Assembly: GCA_013239625.1 (NCBI GenBank)
Contig: MU053561.1
Location: 4,217,992-4,281,991, forward strand
Reading direction: 5' to 3'
Length of the DNA stretch: 64,000 nucleotides
Source: Lama guanicoe
Lineage: Eukaryota
Positions 1-13,562 of the stretch are shown one piece after another. The first letter of the stretch is position 1. Each line of letters opens with the position of its first letter. The translations under genes and the position numbers were made by a program. The notes under the pieces are model-generated. The model was not told the DNA's origin, made no database searches, and worked only from the letters and a program-made list of their open reading frames with translations.

Positions 1-929
1 TTTGTGGAGAGAGAGGGTGCCGTGGCTGGAGCCTGCTGGCAGGCCTTTGTGACAGTCCTGCAATGGCAGAAAGGGCTTCCTTCCAGCCCTGGTGCGGAGC
101 CTCACGAAAGCCCTCAGAGCGGTGGAGGAGAGGAAGCGGGCGATGACTCTACCAGCCGTCAGCCTGCCCAGCTGCTGCCTGCGCCAGCCACTCAGCCTCT
201 CCATGAGCCACACAGCACACAGACCATGCTTTTTCAGAAAATTATTTTTTCCTTTCTTGCTTTCCATGGAAACTCAAAATAGCAACCAAAAAAAGGAAAA
301 AAAGAAAGAAACAAAAAAACCAGCCAGTCTCCCTCACTGCCACAAAACCATCCCCAGACAGTGCAATGATCGTGGAGGCCTGGGGGGTAGAACAGGGTTC
401 TAGATGCCTCTAAAACAGCTTTCTAACTGGGCACTGTGCACTCAGGCAGTGTGGGCGTGTTTCCTTTCCGTTTAGATAAGAGGGTCTCCCCAGGTCTCGG
501 AGTTTATCTTGCTCTTGGTGACCTGGGGTGTTGCTGATGAAGTCCAAAGTGCCCAGCAGGGGACAGTAAGACAGAAGGCAGATGCCTTCCTGGGCAGGGT
601 AGGGGGGTGTCTGTTATTGGAACCCTCTCTTTGAGAATCCTCCTGAGCTGTGCTGTGTGTGACCCCTGTAACCACAAGGCAGGCTGGTGGGATGGGAGCA
701 GTTCTAGACTTGCAGCCAAGAAACCCGGGATCTAATATCATCACGGGCCTGGGGGTGGGGGCGGCAGCTTTGAGCACATCATCCCACCCCCACTGTGAAC
801 CGTGAAGAGGGCGCAGGCTGGTTTCTTAGGGGCCCCCTCCGCCCTCAGCATTCTGCGGTGCCAGCCCTTTCGGGTTATGCGTACACTTTCCCCTCCCTCG
901 TAAAGGAACACGTGCTGTTTACTTTCCAG

Positions 930-1032
930 CTGGCTGGGTCGGCTGTCATTGCTTTTGGACTATGGTTTCGGTTTGGAGGCACCATGAAGGATTTCTCTTC
1001 AGAGGACAAGTCCCCAGAGTATTTCTACATGG
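930..1032 (+). CDS. TSPAN2: Tetraspanin-2 exon 2 (LAGSAVIAFGLWFRFGGTMKDFSSEDKSPEYFYM-G)
   Basis: Acceptor tttccag|CTG, donor ATGG|gtgagt; contained in ORF 795..1040. Confidence 0.96.
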
Positions 1033-2329
1033 GTGAGTGACTTCAGCTTCCCTCTGCTATAGCTGGGGCTGCCCAGCCTGAGCCGAGCCTGCACCTGGAC
1101 TTCTGTGGGAAGGGGGAGGAGGGAGACAAAGGAGGCAAACCTGAGCCCCATATGCCCACCTGGCCCTGGGGCCGGGGTGGGGGTGTGGTCCAGTCAGAGA
1201 GGGCCATGCCCCTCCGACCCTGCCCGGCCCACGCATGGTTCATCCGTCTGCTTCCAAAACCAAAGAAGACCAAGTGGGACTGAACCACTGTACTTCTTTC
1301 AGCCACTTTAAGTAAAGAAGCACAACCTGTAACCACAATTCATTTCCAAAGAATTAGAAACCCCCTTAGCCCCCCAGGTGAAGTGGATGTACCACAAAGT
1401 CAGTTATCCATTCATCCATCTAGGGTGACAAGGGGCCCCTGCCCAGTCAGGGTTTGATATTGTGTATGTGTGATCTTATATTTAAAATTGTCTAGGAGAG
1501 AAACATAATTCAAAATGAAGAGAGACATCTCAAGGTGTGGAGGGACTGGTCTCAGTGCCCCCATTGCTAGGGACTGCAGAGGGCGGGGAAGAGGGAGGGG
1601 AGAGAAGGGGGCAGGGTAGTGGAGGGAAGGGAGGGGAGGGCTGCCCTGGGAGAGGCCACAGTGTGACTGGTACTGCCTCCCTCCAGCTGTGGGAAAGGGG
1701 TGAGGAGTGTGAGGCCAGGTGATAAGTAGGGGCTGAGAGCTTTCCCCTGAGTTCAGTTCCCTCAGATCTACTCCTAGTCCTCTTGTGGGGCCTCTTCTCT
1801 TTCCCCAGCTAAGTGCACCTGGACTCTAGATTTCGAGAAGCCCAAGACCATCACTACTCTAGATGACAGCCCTGAGGACTGGCTGTTTTAAGATCTGCAT
1901 CAGCCATAGAGTATGCTTCAGTTGGCAACCTCTGTGCTTGAGGAGAAGCAGGGTCCTGTGCAGATCATTTGCTCTGAATCCCAAGAAGGTCTGTTTCCTG
2001 GGAGGGACCCTGATTCCAGGTCCCACTCAGAACCACGGACATCTTCATGAAGAGCTGCTCACAACTGTGTGACCTCCTGTTCTAAGCGCCCTTCCCACAC
2101 TGCTCTCTCCTGTGAGGGGAGCAGCCAGACCTGTGAGGACCCATTTTAACAGGAAACCCACTGAAAGCTGGTTAACAATAAGATTACACATTTCAGCAAA
2201 TCTTAGATGCAGTCTTTTGTAAACCACTCAATTATTTTAAGTTCCCCTAAGAATAGAAGAAATGCTACCCATGTAACTATGACATAAAAGATACATCCCA
2301 ATGTCAGAAATGTTAAAATGTAAACTATA

Positions 2330-2790
2330 TGTCTGTACCTTAGAATTGCTGAAATGTGGTAAAAGAGGTCTGGAGATGAAGAATCTCCAGAATTACTTCC
2401 AGGCTCCACAGATTCATCAGGGACCCAGGTTCTTTCCATCCCTCTGTTCACCATCCTCATATCCTCTCATATCCAAGATGGCTGCAGTGGCCCCAAGCAT
2501 CACATCCTCATACAGCAACATCCAAAGGAGAAAAAAGGAAGTTTCGCCTCATATGGCCCTTTTTAGAATGAATAAAACCTTTGTCAGGAGTCCCCTAACA
2601 GACTTCCCCAGAATTGCATTATGTGTTCATGCTTAAACCCGTCCAGGTCAAGAAGAGGATGCCTGTGACTGGCTTTCTGACTAATCAAGATTCACCTGGG
2701 TCTGCAGAGAAGCCCAGGCTCCCCAGGGGGCCTCTGACACTTGAACAAAATCAGAGTTTTGTTACAAGGAGGAAGCAGAGGAATCTGCCA
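2330..2790 (-). mobile_element. MaLR LTR remnant (MLT1K/L-like)
   Basis: Motifs ccaggttctttccatc...caagatggctgcagtggccccaagcatcacatcc, typical of the reverse strand of old MLT1. Confidence 0.6.
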
Positions 2791-3325
2791 TTGTACTTAA
2801 CACTAAAATGCTCTTTCCCATCCACATGGTTTCCAGGTGGTACACACTCTTTCATTCAAAAACTAACACACACATTTGTCATATCCTTTGCTGAGGAATT
2901 CCTGCTCTGAAAACCTCCTCAGAAACATTCTCCCATCCCAGAGCAGGCTCCAAGTTCCCCAGGACAAAGTTCAGCTTGTCCTCGTCCTGCACCACCTCCC
3001 AGAATTGAAAGCCCACTCAGGGGACTCACAGGAACAGGCAGAAGAGGGTAGGAGAAGGAATACATCTTCCTTCACCTTGCTGACGTTCCAGGAGCTGCTT
3101 ATTTCATAACTATTCCCTGCAATTTCTAACTCAGTTTTAGCAAAGTCGCAACTCTGCTCACTGGACTAACCAAAGCAAAGGTTTAATCCCATTGTAATAG
3201 GATTCTTGACTCTCCAGATGTATAGGGAGGAAATGTTCAGCAATAAACAGCAGACAACAATCACGAGCATATGTTATGTGCTAATGAGTGGTATAGGCAT
3301 GACCACTGAATTAAGAAGTGGGGCT

Positions 3326-3509
3326 GGCGCCATGTCGGTTCATCGATTGTACTAAATATGCCACACTAATGAGGGATGTTGAGGGTAGAGGAGTATATAT
3401 GTGTGGGTAGGGAGGGCTATATGCGAACTCTCTGTATTTTCTGCTCAATTCTGTTGTGAACCTGAAACTGCTCTAAAAGAATAAAGTCTATTAAAAAAAA
3501 AAGAAAAGA
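3326..3509 (+). mobile_element. 5'-truncated L1 3' end (L1MC-like) with polyA tail and TSD
   Basis: gaactctctgtattttctgctcaattctgttgtgaacctgaaactgctctaaaa...aataaagtctatt then A-tail; TSD aagaagtggggct (3313) / aagaaatggggct (3510). Confidence 0.85.
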
Positions 3510-5609
3510 AAGAAATGGGGCTCTCAGGACAAGCCTCAAGGTGGTGAGTGCTTGAATGGGACCTTGGAGGACAGGTAGGTTTCAGATAGACCACATTAGG
3601 GACAGCCTCATCCATGACTCTGAATTAGGTTAGCAAATACATGGTAGACAGCCACCATCCTTCCCTTGTCTGTGGCAGTTATGGCTAACTCTTCAGGATG
3701 CTCTTTTAGGGAAGTCATCTTAACCTAGCTCTTCCCAGCTGTTTACAGTTGATGTTCAGGTTGAATGTTCATTTCTCTCCTTACTCTGAATTCAGTAGTT
3801 TTGGTCCTAACAATGGGTCAGTCCCATTAAGACAGTGGAGATCTTTTCCTCCTAAAATTCAAGCATGTAGGAGTTCAGGCTATTAGCATTCAGTCTGTCT
3901 ACTCTTGGGCTGTGTTTACTGGAACCGTATTTATCTCATCTTCCTGTGGTATGACTCTCAAGACTTTCCACCCAAAGCTGCATTTGTGCCCTCAGATAGA
4001 TGGGGAGGAGTCCACCTTAGTTATAACCCAAACAAGGGAAAACATCAACTGGTTCATCTACAGTCTGACCTTCTCCTTCAAGTTTTTTGGCAAAACTAAC
4101 AGCCTAAAACCCAACCACCTGCCAACCTCACCTCCAAGTTTGAGGATGAAAGATTTAAATCTCTATAATACAATTTCTGATATTGAACTAGAAGTTTTCA
4201 GTAATAGTAAAAAAAAAAGAAATTAAAAAAAACCATGAAGACCCGAGTTATGCGAAAAACTTTTAAAAAGCTATCTCCCTTTCAATGGTAGCAAACATCT
4301 GGCTATCTAAAAATCTTTCCATGATTATTTCAATTTTTGGATTTCAAAAAATGGTTTGGTTTCATACAAACATGGTTATGCATTCAAGCAGAGATGCCTC
4401 TATCCTTTCCATTTTCTTGTACGCGCCTTCATTTGGGAAAACATATAACCTAGCCATGGACACATCAGCCAGCGTCTACAGTCCTGGGCTCTGGGGTGAC
4501 ACAAAGAAAGTATGAGAATTCTGTACCTGGCCCCACGTAACTTGCAGTCTATTTGAAAAGACTCTCAGACAACAATTTTCATTAAAACAGAAACTAGTGT
4601 GTAACTAAGTGCCAACTAAGTATTATTTGCAGCCGGTGCGTCAGGGGTCATTCTAAACTAGTGAGGCAGGAAGGATGTGAGTTAGGTTTGAAAGACTGAC
4701 CAAAATCAGTGAAGAAGAGGGACTGCAGAGTTTTGGGGTAAGACTGCACATGGCGTCTCTATGGGACAGCAGACAGCAGCCCCAGGCTGGGCAGAGGATG
4801 CTTACCCTAGTGTGAAGGATTCAGACACCATGGGAATCAAGATTAGAAATGTTGGGGAGGGAGGGAGGACAAATATAGAGGGCCTTGAATGACAGGGATA
4901 GTTAAGTTAATAAGCAATAGGATAATTTAAGGTTAGGGGAGGATATGACCTGCACTGCATTTTAAAGAGAGGGTTCAGGAATGAGAGGGGAGTCGTCAGA
5001 CAGAAAAAGACCAGGCTAGATTGTTGATACAGTCAGGGTCAGGCCTGAAGAAATAAGGGTGTAACCTATGGTGGTTACAGGAAGTGTGAAGAAGGGACAA
5101 AAAGGAAAGAAATATTATTAAGTGTTATTTAACATTGTTATTAAACATGGTTAAACTCAGGGAAAAGGAATCAAAACAGAAAAGATATGAGTGATGGACA
5201 GAGTCAAGCCTAGAAGTCACAATTCATGGTTTTCAGAGTTACGGGAGGTCGGGACCCTGCGCAGAGAGAGGGGCGGGTACGTGGAACCAAGGACGGGGGC
5301 AGCCTGTCTGTGTTGCTCCAGAAGCAAAGGCCCGATAGCAATTTCACAGGTGTAGATTTGGGTCTGACATAAGAACCCTTTTTAATGATTTGATAAATCA
5401 GGGAAACTGAGCAGACTTCTACAGAGGAAAATGATTTCTCGCATACCAAAAATTTTTAACCAAAAATTAAAATGGAGCATGGAGATACCTGTGTAAAGCA
5501 GGAGGGTGAACTAGCGCTACACAGACCTTCCAGATCCCACTTCCTAATCTAAATGAAAGCAATCTGAACTGCCCAAGGTGCAAGAAATGCCGTCTGTTTA
5601 TGGACATGC

Positions 5610-6110
5610 CTGTCAGGACTCTTTTCATTGCAAGTCACAGAAACGTGACTCAAACTGTTTTGAGGAAAACAGAAATGTCTTGACTCACGTAACTGAAAAG
5701 CCCAGGAATAGCACTCATCTCAGGGACACAAGTGATGTGATAGGAATCCAGCCTGTAGCCATCTTTAGCTCTGTTTTCCTGTGGCTCCATTTTGGGGCAG
5801 GTTTCCCCTAAACGGCATAAAACAGCTGCCCACAGCTCCGGGCGCCATCTCCCAGTAACCCCGGCAACAGTGGGACACTCACCTTTCATCCCAGGTGATC
5901 CGAACAAAGTCCTGGGCCGCCCTGTCACTGGCAGTCTTGGATTCAGTGCCGTTCCCACACCAGTAACCGTGGCCAGCTGCCAGGGAAGGGCTTGTTGGCT
6001 GAAGCCTGCGCTTCACGCCTGCCTTGTAGCCGCAGTGAGTCGGCCCTCTCAGAACACGTGCACTGAGGGTGGAGGAGGTTCTTTCTCTAGTAGAGACGAA
6101 GAGGAAGTGA
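5610..6110 (-). mobile_element. MaLR LTR remnant (MLT1K-like)
   Basis: Begins tgtcaggactcttttcattgcaagtcacagaaac, the reverse complement of an MLT1 3' end. Confidence 0.6.
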
Positions 6111-8144
6111 ATTCTGGGTAAGGAAAACAAGTCCACACTGCAGGGCCTGAATCCGTCTTCCCTGTTCTTGGGGGCCTGGGGCATGGGTGTGGGTCTGCAC
6201 ACCCTCAGATCTCCTTTCTCAGACACCCCGCCCTTCCCTAAGCCAGCCCTTCAGTGGCTGGTGGTGGAGGTGTTCACGGTCAGTGCTCGGAGTCCAGGGA
6301 AGTGGGTTATCCCAGAGCCTTAGCACTAGACCGCATGAGGAAACTGAGGACTGTGGGAGAGTTGGGGGGTCAGGGGGCTGGCCGGCTGGCAGCTGGTTTT
6401 CCAGCTCTTCATGGTGGGGCTCAGCCCACAACCCAGGTCTGCCAGCACCCAGGCCTGGGCTTGTTCTGTTCACCTTTGCCAACTCCGGAGAGTGCCAACA
6501 AGAAAAGGTCCTTGTGAAGCCAGGGACCCTTTCTCCACTTCAAATATTTCTTATAATATAAATAGAGCAAAGTACATTTTTGCAGAAACTGGTATTTCTT
6601 TTCTCAATAAATAATTTTCCAAATAGGAAAGATACCAGTTCTCTAGCAATAAAACGAGAAGGAAAATACACCAGGATACCACTTTATGGACGCGCATAGC
6701 AAACAGTGTGAGGTCATAGGACTCTAAAGGAGGAGCAAGCCCAGTGTTTGGAAAATCTCACTTCATGTCACAGGGTACTGTTCCCTGATCTGTGTATTTT
6801 CTTTTCAGAGTAGGTTCCAGAGCAGTCAGCCCATTAAACTCTTGTCACCCCTCTGTTAAAGAGCTCTGGGGAACAGGCTTGGCACATTCAAGCGCTCTGA
6901 AGGAAACAGAGACTCTCACTGAGAGGACCCCGGAAAGGCACGCGGTCCAGCTCCCTGCTTCGGGGCAGATGACTGCCAGACTTTGTAGGAGAAACCCTCC
7001 CACCCGAGGGGATGCTTTCCTTTCTGGGACCCTTGTTTTCTCCTCTTTGGTAATGGAGAGAAGGAAGGTCCCCTCTTATAATAAAGATCCAGAAGTGACT
7101 TCACAGCCAGGGGCCCGGATAAAGAGGATCTGGCCATGAAGGGGGATGGAAATGAGGACGGGGGCCAGGGTAGTCAGGCTGAGCGCTCCTGCCACCTCTT
7201 CTCACGGAGTGAGCTGATCCAGGGAGTCGTGTCCACTGGTCGCCAACATGGAGAAAGGAGAAACTGGCAAGGTGGAGCTGGCAGCACGAATGGCTGGGAG
7301 GTTTGGTGTTTCCCAGGCCCTCCTCGTGTTAATCTCCTTCAGTGGGTTCCTGGGAGAAGCCCCCAATATCTTCCAGATTCCACCAACCTGCCCCTCGGCC
7401 TCCGTGTTACAGCTGGTCTCCGGGACTGCCCCTTGGTGGGTACAGACACAGCAGGGGCCTTCTTTGCAGGAGTGCAGAGTCGGGAGCGGTCCCCTCGGCC
7501 CTCAGAAGGCTGGAACCTGAAGTCATGTCTGTGAGCAGAGGACAGAGGGCATCGGCGGGTTTCTCCATGAAGGGGCTGCCCACAAGCTGCAGCCACTCAC
7601 TCTCCGGGGTCACCGGCTGACTGCGGCTGTCTTTCCCTGTTGACTCCAGAGTCACAGAGCATGGCTTTGACTGTGGCTGGATGTCAAGTGTGAGGAAAGG
7701 ATTCCAGTGCTGAGTGTTGAGGGGCTGGCTTGCCTTTTTAAAACCTCGGAGTCACTCGGTTGCTATGTTTTTAGTTCTTGGTTTCCAGTTGTACCTGAGA
7801 TTTACAGTAGCTGCAGGACAAACATGCCGTAGCTCACATTGTTGAGACAATTTCTCCAAAGCATGTTTACAAGAAGTTAACTAGCAGATAATTATTGCCA
7901 TAGTGCAGATAACAAAACTGAGGAATAAGAGGATTCACCTGAAACCACAGTTGGCAGGCCTGGATTTCTGGCTTCCAGCCCTGTGCTTTCAGAAGAAAAC
8001 CCAGAAATCACCCGTGATAGAACACTCAGGCCCTTTTCTCCAGGAAGAAGAAAAAGAACACTCTTGCCATTTATAAATCACAGAAGTAACAGGTTTCTAG
8101 CTAAGAGAGTCACCATTCTTCTGAGTTCCTACCAAAAATGCAGC

Positions 8145-8370
8145 TTAGGAGTTAGGGGGTGCACTGTGGAGTAAATCCTGGGTTCAGTACCAGTTTTGCC
8201 CCTCAATAGCTGTGCAGTCGTAGGTAAACTGCTTAATTCTCTGTGTCTTAGATTCCTCATGAATTCATATTCAGGGTTGATGTGAATATGAGACGATTTA
8301 ACCAGTGAGCGAGCTTGAAGGCAGCCCCTGTTGTACAGTGAGCCCTCAGTCAAAATTAGCCATTACTAGC
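8145..8370 (+). mobile_element. MIR SINE
   Basis: cctgggttcagtaccag...agctgtgcagtcgtaggtaaactgcttaattctctgtgtc, MIR core similarity. Confidence 0.7.
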
Positions 8371-11139
8371 GCAGGGAAGGCGGGCTGAGGCGGTCAGCCT
8401 GCAGGAGGCACAATTACACGGGAGGGTGGGAGAGGGAAAGATAAAGGAGTGGTTTGGATGCCACGCAGTCAGGATGAGAGACTGGCTGGTAGCACTGAGG
8501 CTTCTCAAGCAGCGGTTTGAGCTCACACCTGTCACATGCTCAGTACAGATGCTGCACGAAGCAGCTCAGGCACTGGGCGTTGTTGCTCTCAGTGTCAAAG
8601 GACCCCATGGCTAACACATGTGAAGCGCTTAGAGCAGCGCTGGATAACCACCAGCTGCTGCTGCTACCTGGAGAGGACCCAGGTCCTTACCTTCCGCATT
8701 AACTAAGTCCCATCCAATATTCGTAACGCGTATAGAACGATGTGCACCCAGGGCAAGTTGAGAGGAAGGGAAAGTTGCACAGAGGCAGAGAAAAATATTT
8801 TTAGATGAAAAATGGTCATTGGCCAGATATGTAAAATCATCTGCTGCCAAAAAGGCACTAAAATTGATGACCATGCCACTATCCAGTCCCTAAAAGGGGA
8901 GCCGTTTTAAAATGAGTTGATGCAGACAAGGCTTCTGGGAGCTCTCCGTCTCCTTTCTGTGTTCAGTGATGCTTCTAGCTTAGGAAGAAGAATCTGAAAC
9001 ATAAGAAACAAGGGATGGAACTGTCAGGGCATTGGCGGTAGCATGTCACCTGGAGATCTCTGGCATTGCTGGGCCCAGCTATTAATGATAAAAATGCAAT
9101 TTCAAAGTGTTTTCTCCTTTTCAGATCAAGGAAAATAGGACTGGGAAAGCATGGGGGATTGGAAAATAGGTCATATGCTTGTCAGAAGGCTGCTGTGGGA
9201 GCAAGAGGGCTCTACAGAAACCACCTTAGAATTCAAATGTGACTGTCAATGAACATATTCATTCAACAGCTATGTTTTGGGGGCCAGATCAGAAAAAGGA
9301 TAAGGTATCCTTGGAAGTTACAAGTGGCTTCGTGGTGTGCAGAGTATTACAACCAGATTTGGAACTGGAATCAGCAGGCCCAAGAAATTTGCCATGTGTA
9401 AAATTTCATCTGACTTTCCCTTCAGCTCCAACCAGCAGTGCCCATTTGGCACTGGGCTGAGTCACATGGCTCCACATGCACACAGAGGCTTGCTGGGGAG
9501 AGGGCTCTGGGAATGCTGGGACAGTTTCAGGATGTTTGCTGCGAGCGCTGCAATTCTGACAGCCCAAGAATGGACTATTATGCAAATAAAGGAATTTTCT
9601 TGGGGAGCTCTTTTTGGCCAAGGGACAGAGCAAGCTGGTTTTCAGTGGGGAGCTTTTCTGTCCTCCTCAGCACCAGGTGTCTTGGTTTACTGTACCCCCA
9701 CCTCCTCAGGAGTAACCCTCCTTCCTAGATTCCACACTCTCAGGAGCCCTTCTGCAGGGCACACAGCTATGTCCTCACCTGCCTGACCATGAGAGAGCGT
9801 AGCCCTGTGGCGGCGTCTTTGGATGCTTGTTGAGAGGTATTCCAGGCATGTACCTCTAAGCAAAGATGGCTGACAGCAGACAGAACTTCAGATTTGATCT
9901 GCTGTCTCTTTATCCTCTTATCCAACAAACACTGATCAAGAATTCTGTGTTGTGCCTGGCATTATTCTAGGTAGGGTGAATAAGGTTTGCTTGTGGACTT
10001 AACATCTGCAGAGAAAGACATGCATGAGAACCCACAAAGGCACAACGTGGAAGGGCAGGCAGGTCAGATCCTGGTGGATTCCCACATGGCTGGAGTGTGG
10101 GATGGATAAGGGTCCCAGTGGGTCTAGTCTCTGGGCTGTGACTCCAAGCAGGATCTGCAGGCTGCATCATGTAGCAACAGGGAGATAATGAATGTTGTAA
10201 GCAGGAAATAAACATGCTAAGGTGGCCCACCCCTGAGACATTCTGTGAGGGAACATTACCAGTGGGGTGGGAATGGGAGCTCTGGGCCTGTGTGTCCTGC
10301 CTGGAACCTTCCTGCCTCTGACCCTCGTTAGTAAAACAGAAATACATGTAATACTTGCCTTACTTAGTGGGGATGTTTCGACAAGCCAAGGAGATGATAG
10401 AAATTCAAGAGCTTTGAAAAATAAAGAAAATTTTTTTAACGTTAAGGTGTTTGGGCAGTGGCGCCAACAATAGTATTATTTTTAATATAGTATCACTTCT
10501 CATTACCACATCCATTCCCTATGGGATTTTTTGTTTTGTTCTGTTTTGGGGGGTTTTTTTCTTTTTTTTTAAGAAAAATAAAGGAAGAAAGTGGCAGAGC
10601 CTGCATAGCAGGAAATAAATAAATACCTGTCTTAGGAGCTGGGAGCAGCAGGGCTTCCCTGACCCTGAGAAGGGCCCGAAAGCAGCCTGGGTGGTACAGG
10701 AAGCCAAGCAGCCTGGCCCGCTGGCCGCTCTGGCAGAACAGAGTCTGCCCACAAACCACCGCCAGCACCAGAGGGTTCCCAGAGGCACCCTGCAGGCCAG
10801 CCCCAGGGTTTCCCCGCAGAGGTGGGGCCAGCTCCCCTCCCTCTCCTGAATGGGAGTGGTTTCCAGGTGACTCAGATGAAAAATGCTGAAAATAGCGGCG
10901 ATGAGCGTTATTCTAAGCAAGCTAGTGCCAGGCCCCATACTGTGTTCTAACTTATCTCAGGATCAGAAAAGGAAATCAGAGACGGCTTGGCTTGATTTCC
11001 CTCAGAACAAGAACATGACGTTTCTGCCCTCTTCTTTCTCTGTAAGAACGGCTGTTCCTGTGGCTTGACTTGGGAACTAAGTGAAATTACCACCACATTA
11101 AGGCTGCTGTTACTGTTACAGAGGAGGGTGGGGTGATGG

Positions 11140-11350
11140 TGATGAGCTGGCTTTAGGGGCAGATGGGTGTTTTATCCCAGTTCTATGATCTTGGGCAAAT
11201 CGCTTAACCTTTTGGGGGCCCCGTTCCTCTGTCTAAAAAATAGAGACAATAATGGTACCTGCTTCATGAAGATTAAACTAACAGATCTGTACTAGGTGGT
11301 TAGAACAGTGACTGGAAAAAATTAGCCCTTAATAAATGCAGCCAATATGA
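11140..11350 (+). mobile_element. MIR SINE (further MIR fragments at ~11680-11990)
   Basis: atgatcttgggcaaatcgcttaacc...taaaaaatagagacaataatggtacct. Confidence 0.7.
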
Positions 11351-12121
11351 TATTGATAATAACATTATTTGGTGTATATTACCTTATTACCTCCACTTAC
11401 TGGCTAATTGGCTGTTTTCTCGTAGCTTAACAACCTTGCCCATGTCCAGGGTATATGCAATTGCCCTCTAAAGTTTATAATGCACACAAAATCTTACTGC
11501 CTTACTGCTGTGTCCTCCCCTCCTCTCCTTAACCAGAAGCCCCCCCTCTTCTGTCCCCGCTTCCCTGCTTCCCCATCTGTGCCTGGGCAGATCATCCGCC
11601 CCCTTTCCCTTCCAGACACTTTGTCCTCACAGATGGAGACAGCCACTAATTTCAGAGTGTCACGAGAGGCCACAGGGCTCCTGAGGCGTGGGTTTGAATC
11701 CCAGCTCTGACACTGGCTGCTCACCACCCTGGGCTCAATTCCATCAACTTCACGTGAATGGTACTAACACCCACTTTATAGGGCTGGTGGAAATCTGAAA
11801 GGTTATGTGCCTGACATGTAGGAACAGATGTGGTTTCCAATCCTTGCTGGTTGTGTGACCCTGAGCAGGTCCCTTCCCCTCTGTAAGCATGGGCTTTCTT
11901 TGTTCCCTGGGGATCATAGTAAGCCCCTCCCCCTCAGGATCCTTGTGCAGGTTAAGTCAGGTGTATGAAGCACTCAGCAAGCATTCCACAAGGGTTACCA
12001 TTATAGTATTAACAACCGAATGCTCTGCTGGGTGGGACCCCTGGGGCAGTGGCTAGCGCTGGTGTTCAGGGAAAGAGCAGACCCAGAGTGGTCAGTGTCT
12101 TCTCTGGTCTCTTCCCCGCAG

Positions 12122-12219
12122 GGCTCTATGTGCTGGTTGGAGCAGGCGCCCTGATGATGGCCGTGGGCTTTTTCGGGTGCTGCGGAGCCATGCGGGAGTC
12201 GCAGTGTGTTCTTGGATCT
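12122..12219 (+). CDS. TSPAN2: Tetraspanin-2 exon 3 ([33 protein letters not shown])
   Basis: Acceptor ccccgcag|GG, donor TCT|gtaagt; phase matches exon 2. Confidence 0.97.
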
Positions 12220-13129
12220 GTAAGTGGGACATGGCGGGAGGGACTTGGTTTTAAGGGAGCTGGACGACTGGCCTCCAGCGCCAGCCAGCTCCTCAGACCC
12301 ACTGGGACTAGAACTCACTCCCTCTCCCTGAGTCTTGCTTTCTCCGTCTCTTGCAAAAATATTATCTTTGTCCCTATCTCAATGGAAAGTGGGAAAAAAA
12401 ATTAGGTCATTAGTTATGAAGATGTTTGGGAGGAAAATGCCTGATAATGTTTCACAGTGAAGGAGGCAGCTGCAAGCTGGGGAAGTGCCGTTACCTGCAA
12501 GAAAAGCGTTGCTGTTTGAGATCCGTAACTTGACCAAGCACCCCTATTCTGGTTTATTTTAACAAGCAGCCTCTGTTTAAAAGAGAAAAGAAAAGAAGAA
12601 AGAAATAATTTCAGTCAAACGTTATACATCCAGGGCCAGTATGACCGAAGGAAGAAGAGAGGTGGGAAGAAAGGTTTTGTGTTTCTCCATGAGGAGTCGG
12701 GAATGGCAGTTTTATCAGCCAGCCTCTCCTTGCTCACTGCCGTCTTTGCCGTTTTAACTGTGGCTGCTTCTTTTGATCTTTTGCTGTGTAAGTTTCCTAA
12801 GTTCTCCATTCTTTCTCTTTCCCCTCTTGGGGAGCATCTCATGTCTTATTTATCACTGAACTTAGTTTGATCAGAGCAGACCCAAGAGACCAGAACAGAA
12901 ATCCGTCCAGAAGGACACTCTTCACCTCCACCCACTTTCGCCTCAGAGAAGCCTTCCAGATCACGCGGTCTCAGCTCACACCCTCCCCAAACCCAGGCCC
13001 CACCAGTCACACTCCGTCTCCTAGTCCTATTTTATATCTTTATAGAACCTCTTTTGTTCATCAAGTATTCACTGAACGTACGGACCCCAGGCACAGTTCT
13101 AGGAAGTGGGATTTCTATGTCACTATCTG

Positions 13130-13330
13130 AAATTATCTTACCCACTTTTTTTATTGCTTGCTTACTTAATCATAGCTTCCCCTTTCTGCTGTGAGGTCCA
13201 TGGTCGCAGAAACACTGAGATCTTATCTCTTTCACCACTGCATACCCAGCACCATGGGCAGTACCTGGCTCAGAGCAAATGCTTGGTAAACAATTGCTGA
13301 ATGAATTAATGAGTGAATGAATGAGTGAAC
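13130..13330 (+). mobile_element. L2 3' end
   Basis: cagtacctggctcagagcaaatgcttggtaaacaattgctgaatgaattaatgagtgaatgaatg tail. Confidence 0.75.
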
Positions 13331-13487
13331 AAACTGCAAGCACCGTAAGGGGCCAAACGCTTCCTGCTAGAGCCGTTCAGACTAATAACCTTGCCCAATG
13401 TTTTGCAAATGGAACTAGAATCAAAGAGGTTAAATAAACTGAAAAGGTATTGAATTAATGAAGTTTGTATTTTTCTCTTCTCTACAG

Positions 13488-13562
13488 TTTTTCACCTGCC
13501 TGCTGGTGATATTTGCTGCTGAAGTAACCACTGGAGTATTTGCTTTTATAGGCAAGGAAGTA
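13488..13562 (+). CDS. TSPAN2: Tetraspanin-2 exon 4 (FFTCLLVIFAAEVTTGVFAFIGKEV), TM3
   Basis: Acceptor ctctacag|TTT, donor GTA|gtaagt; read manually, not in the ORF track. Confidence 0.96.
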
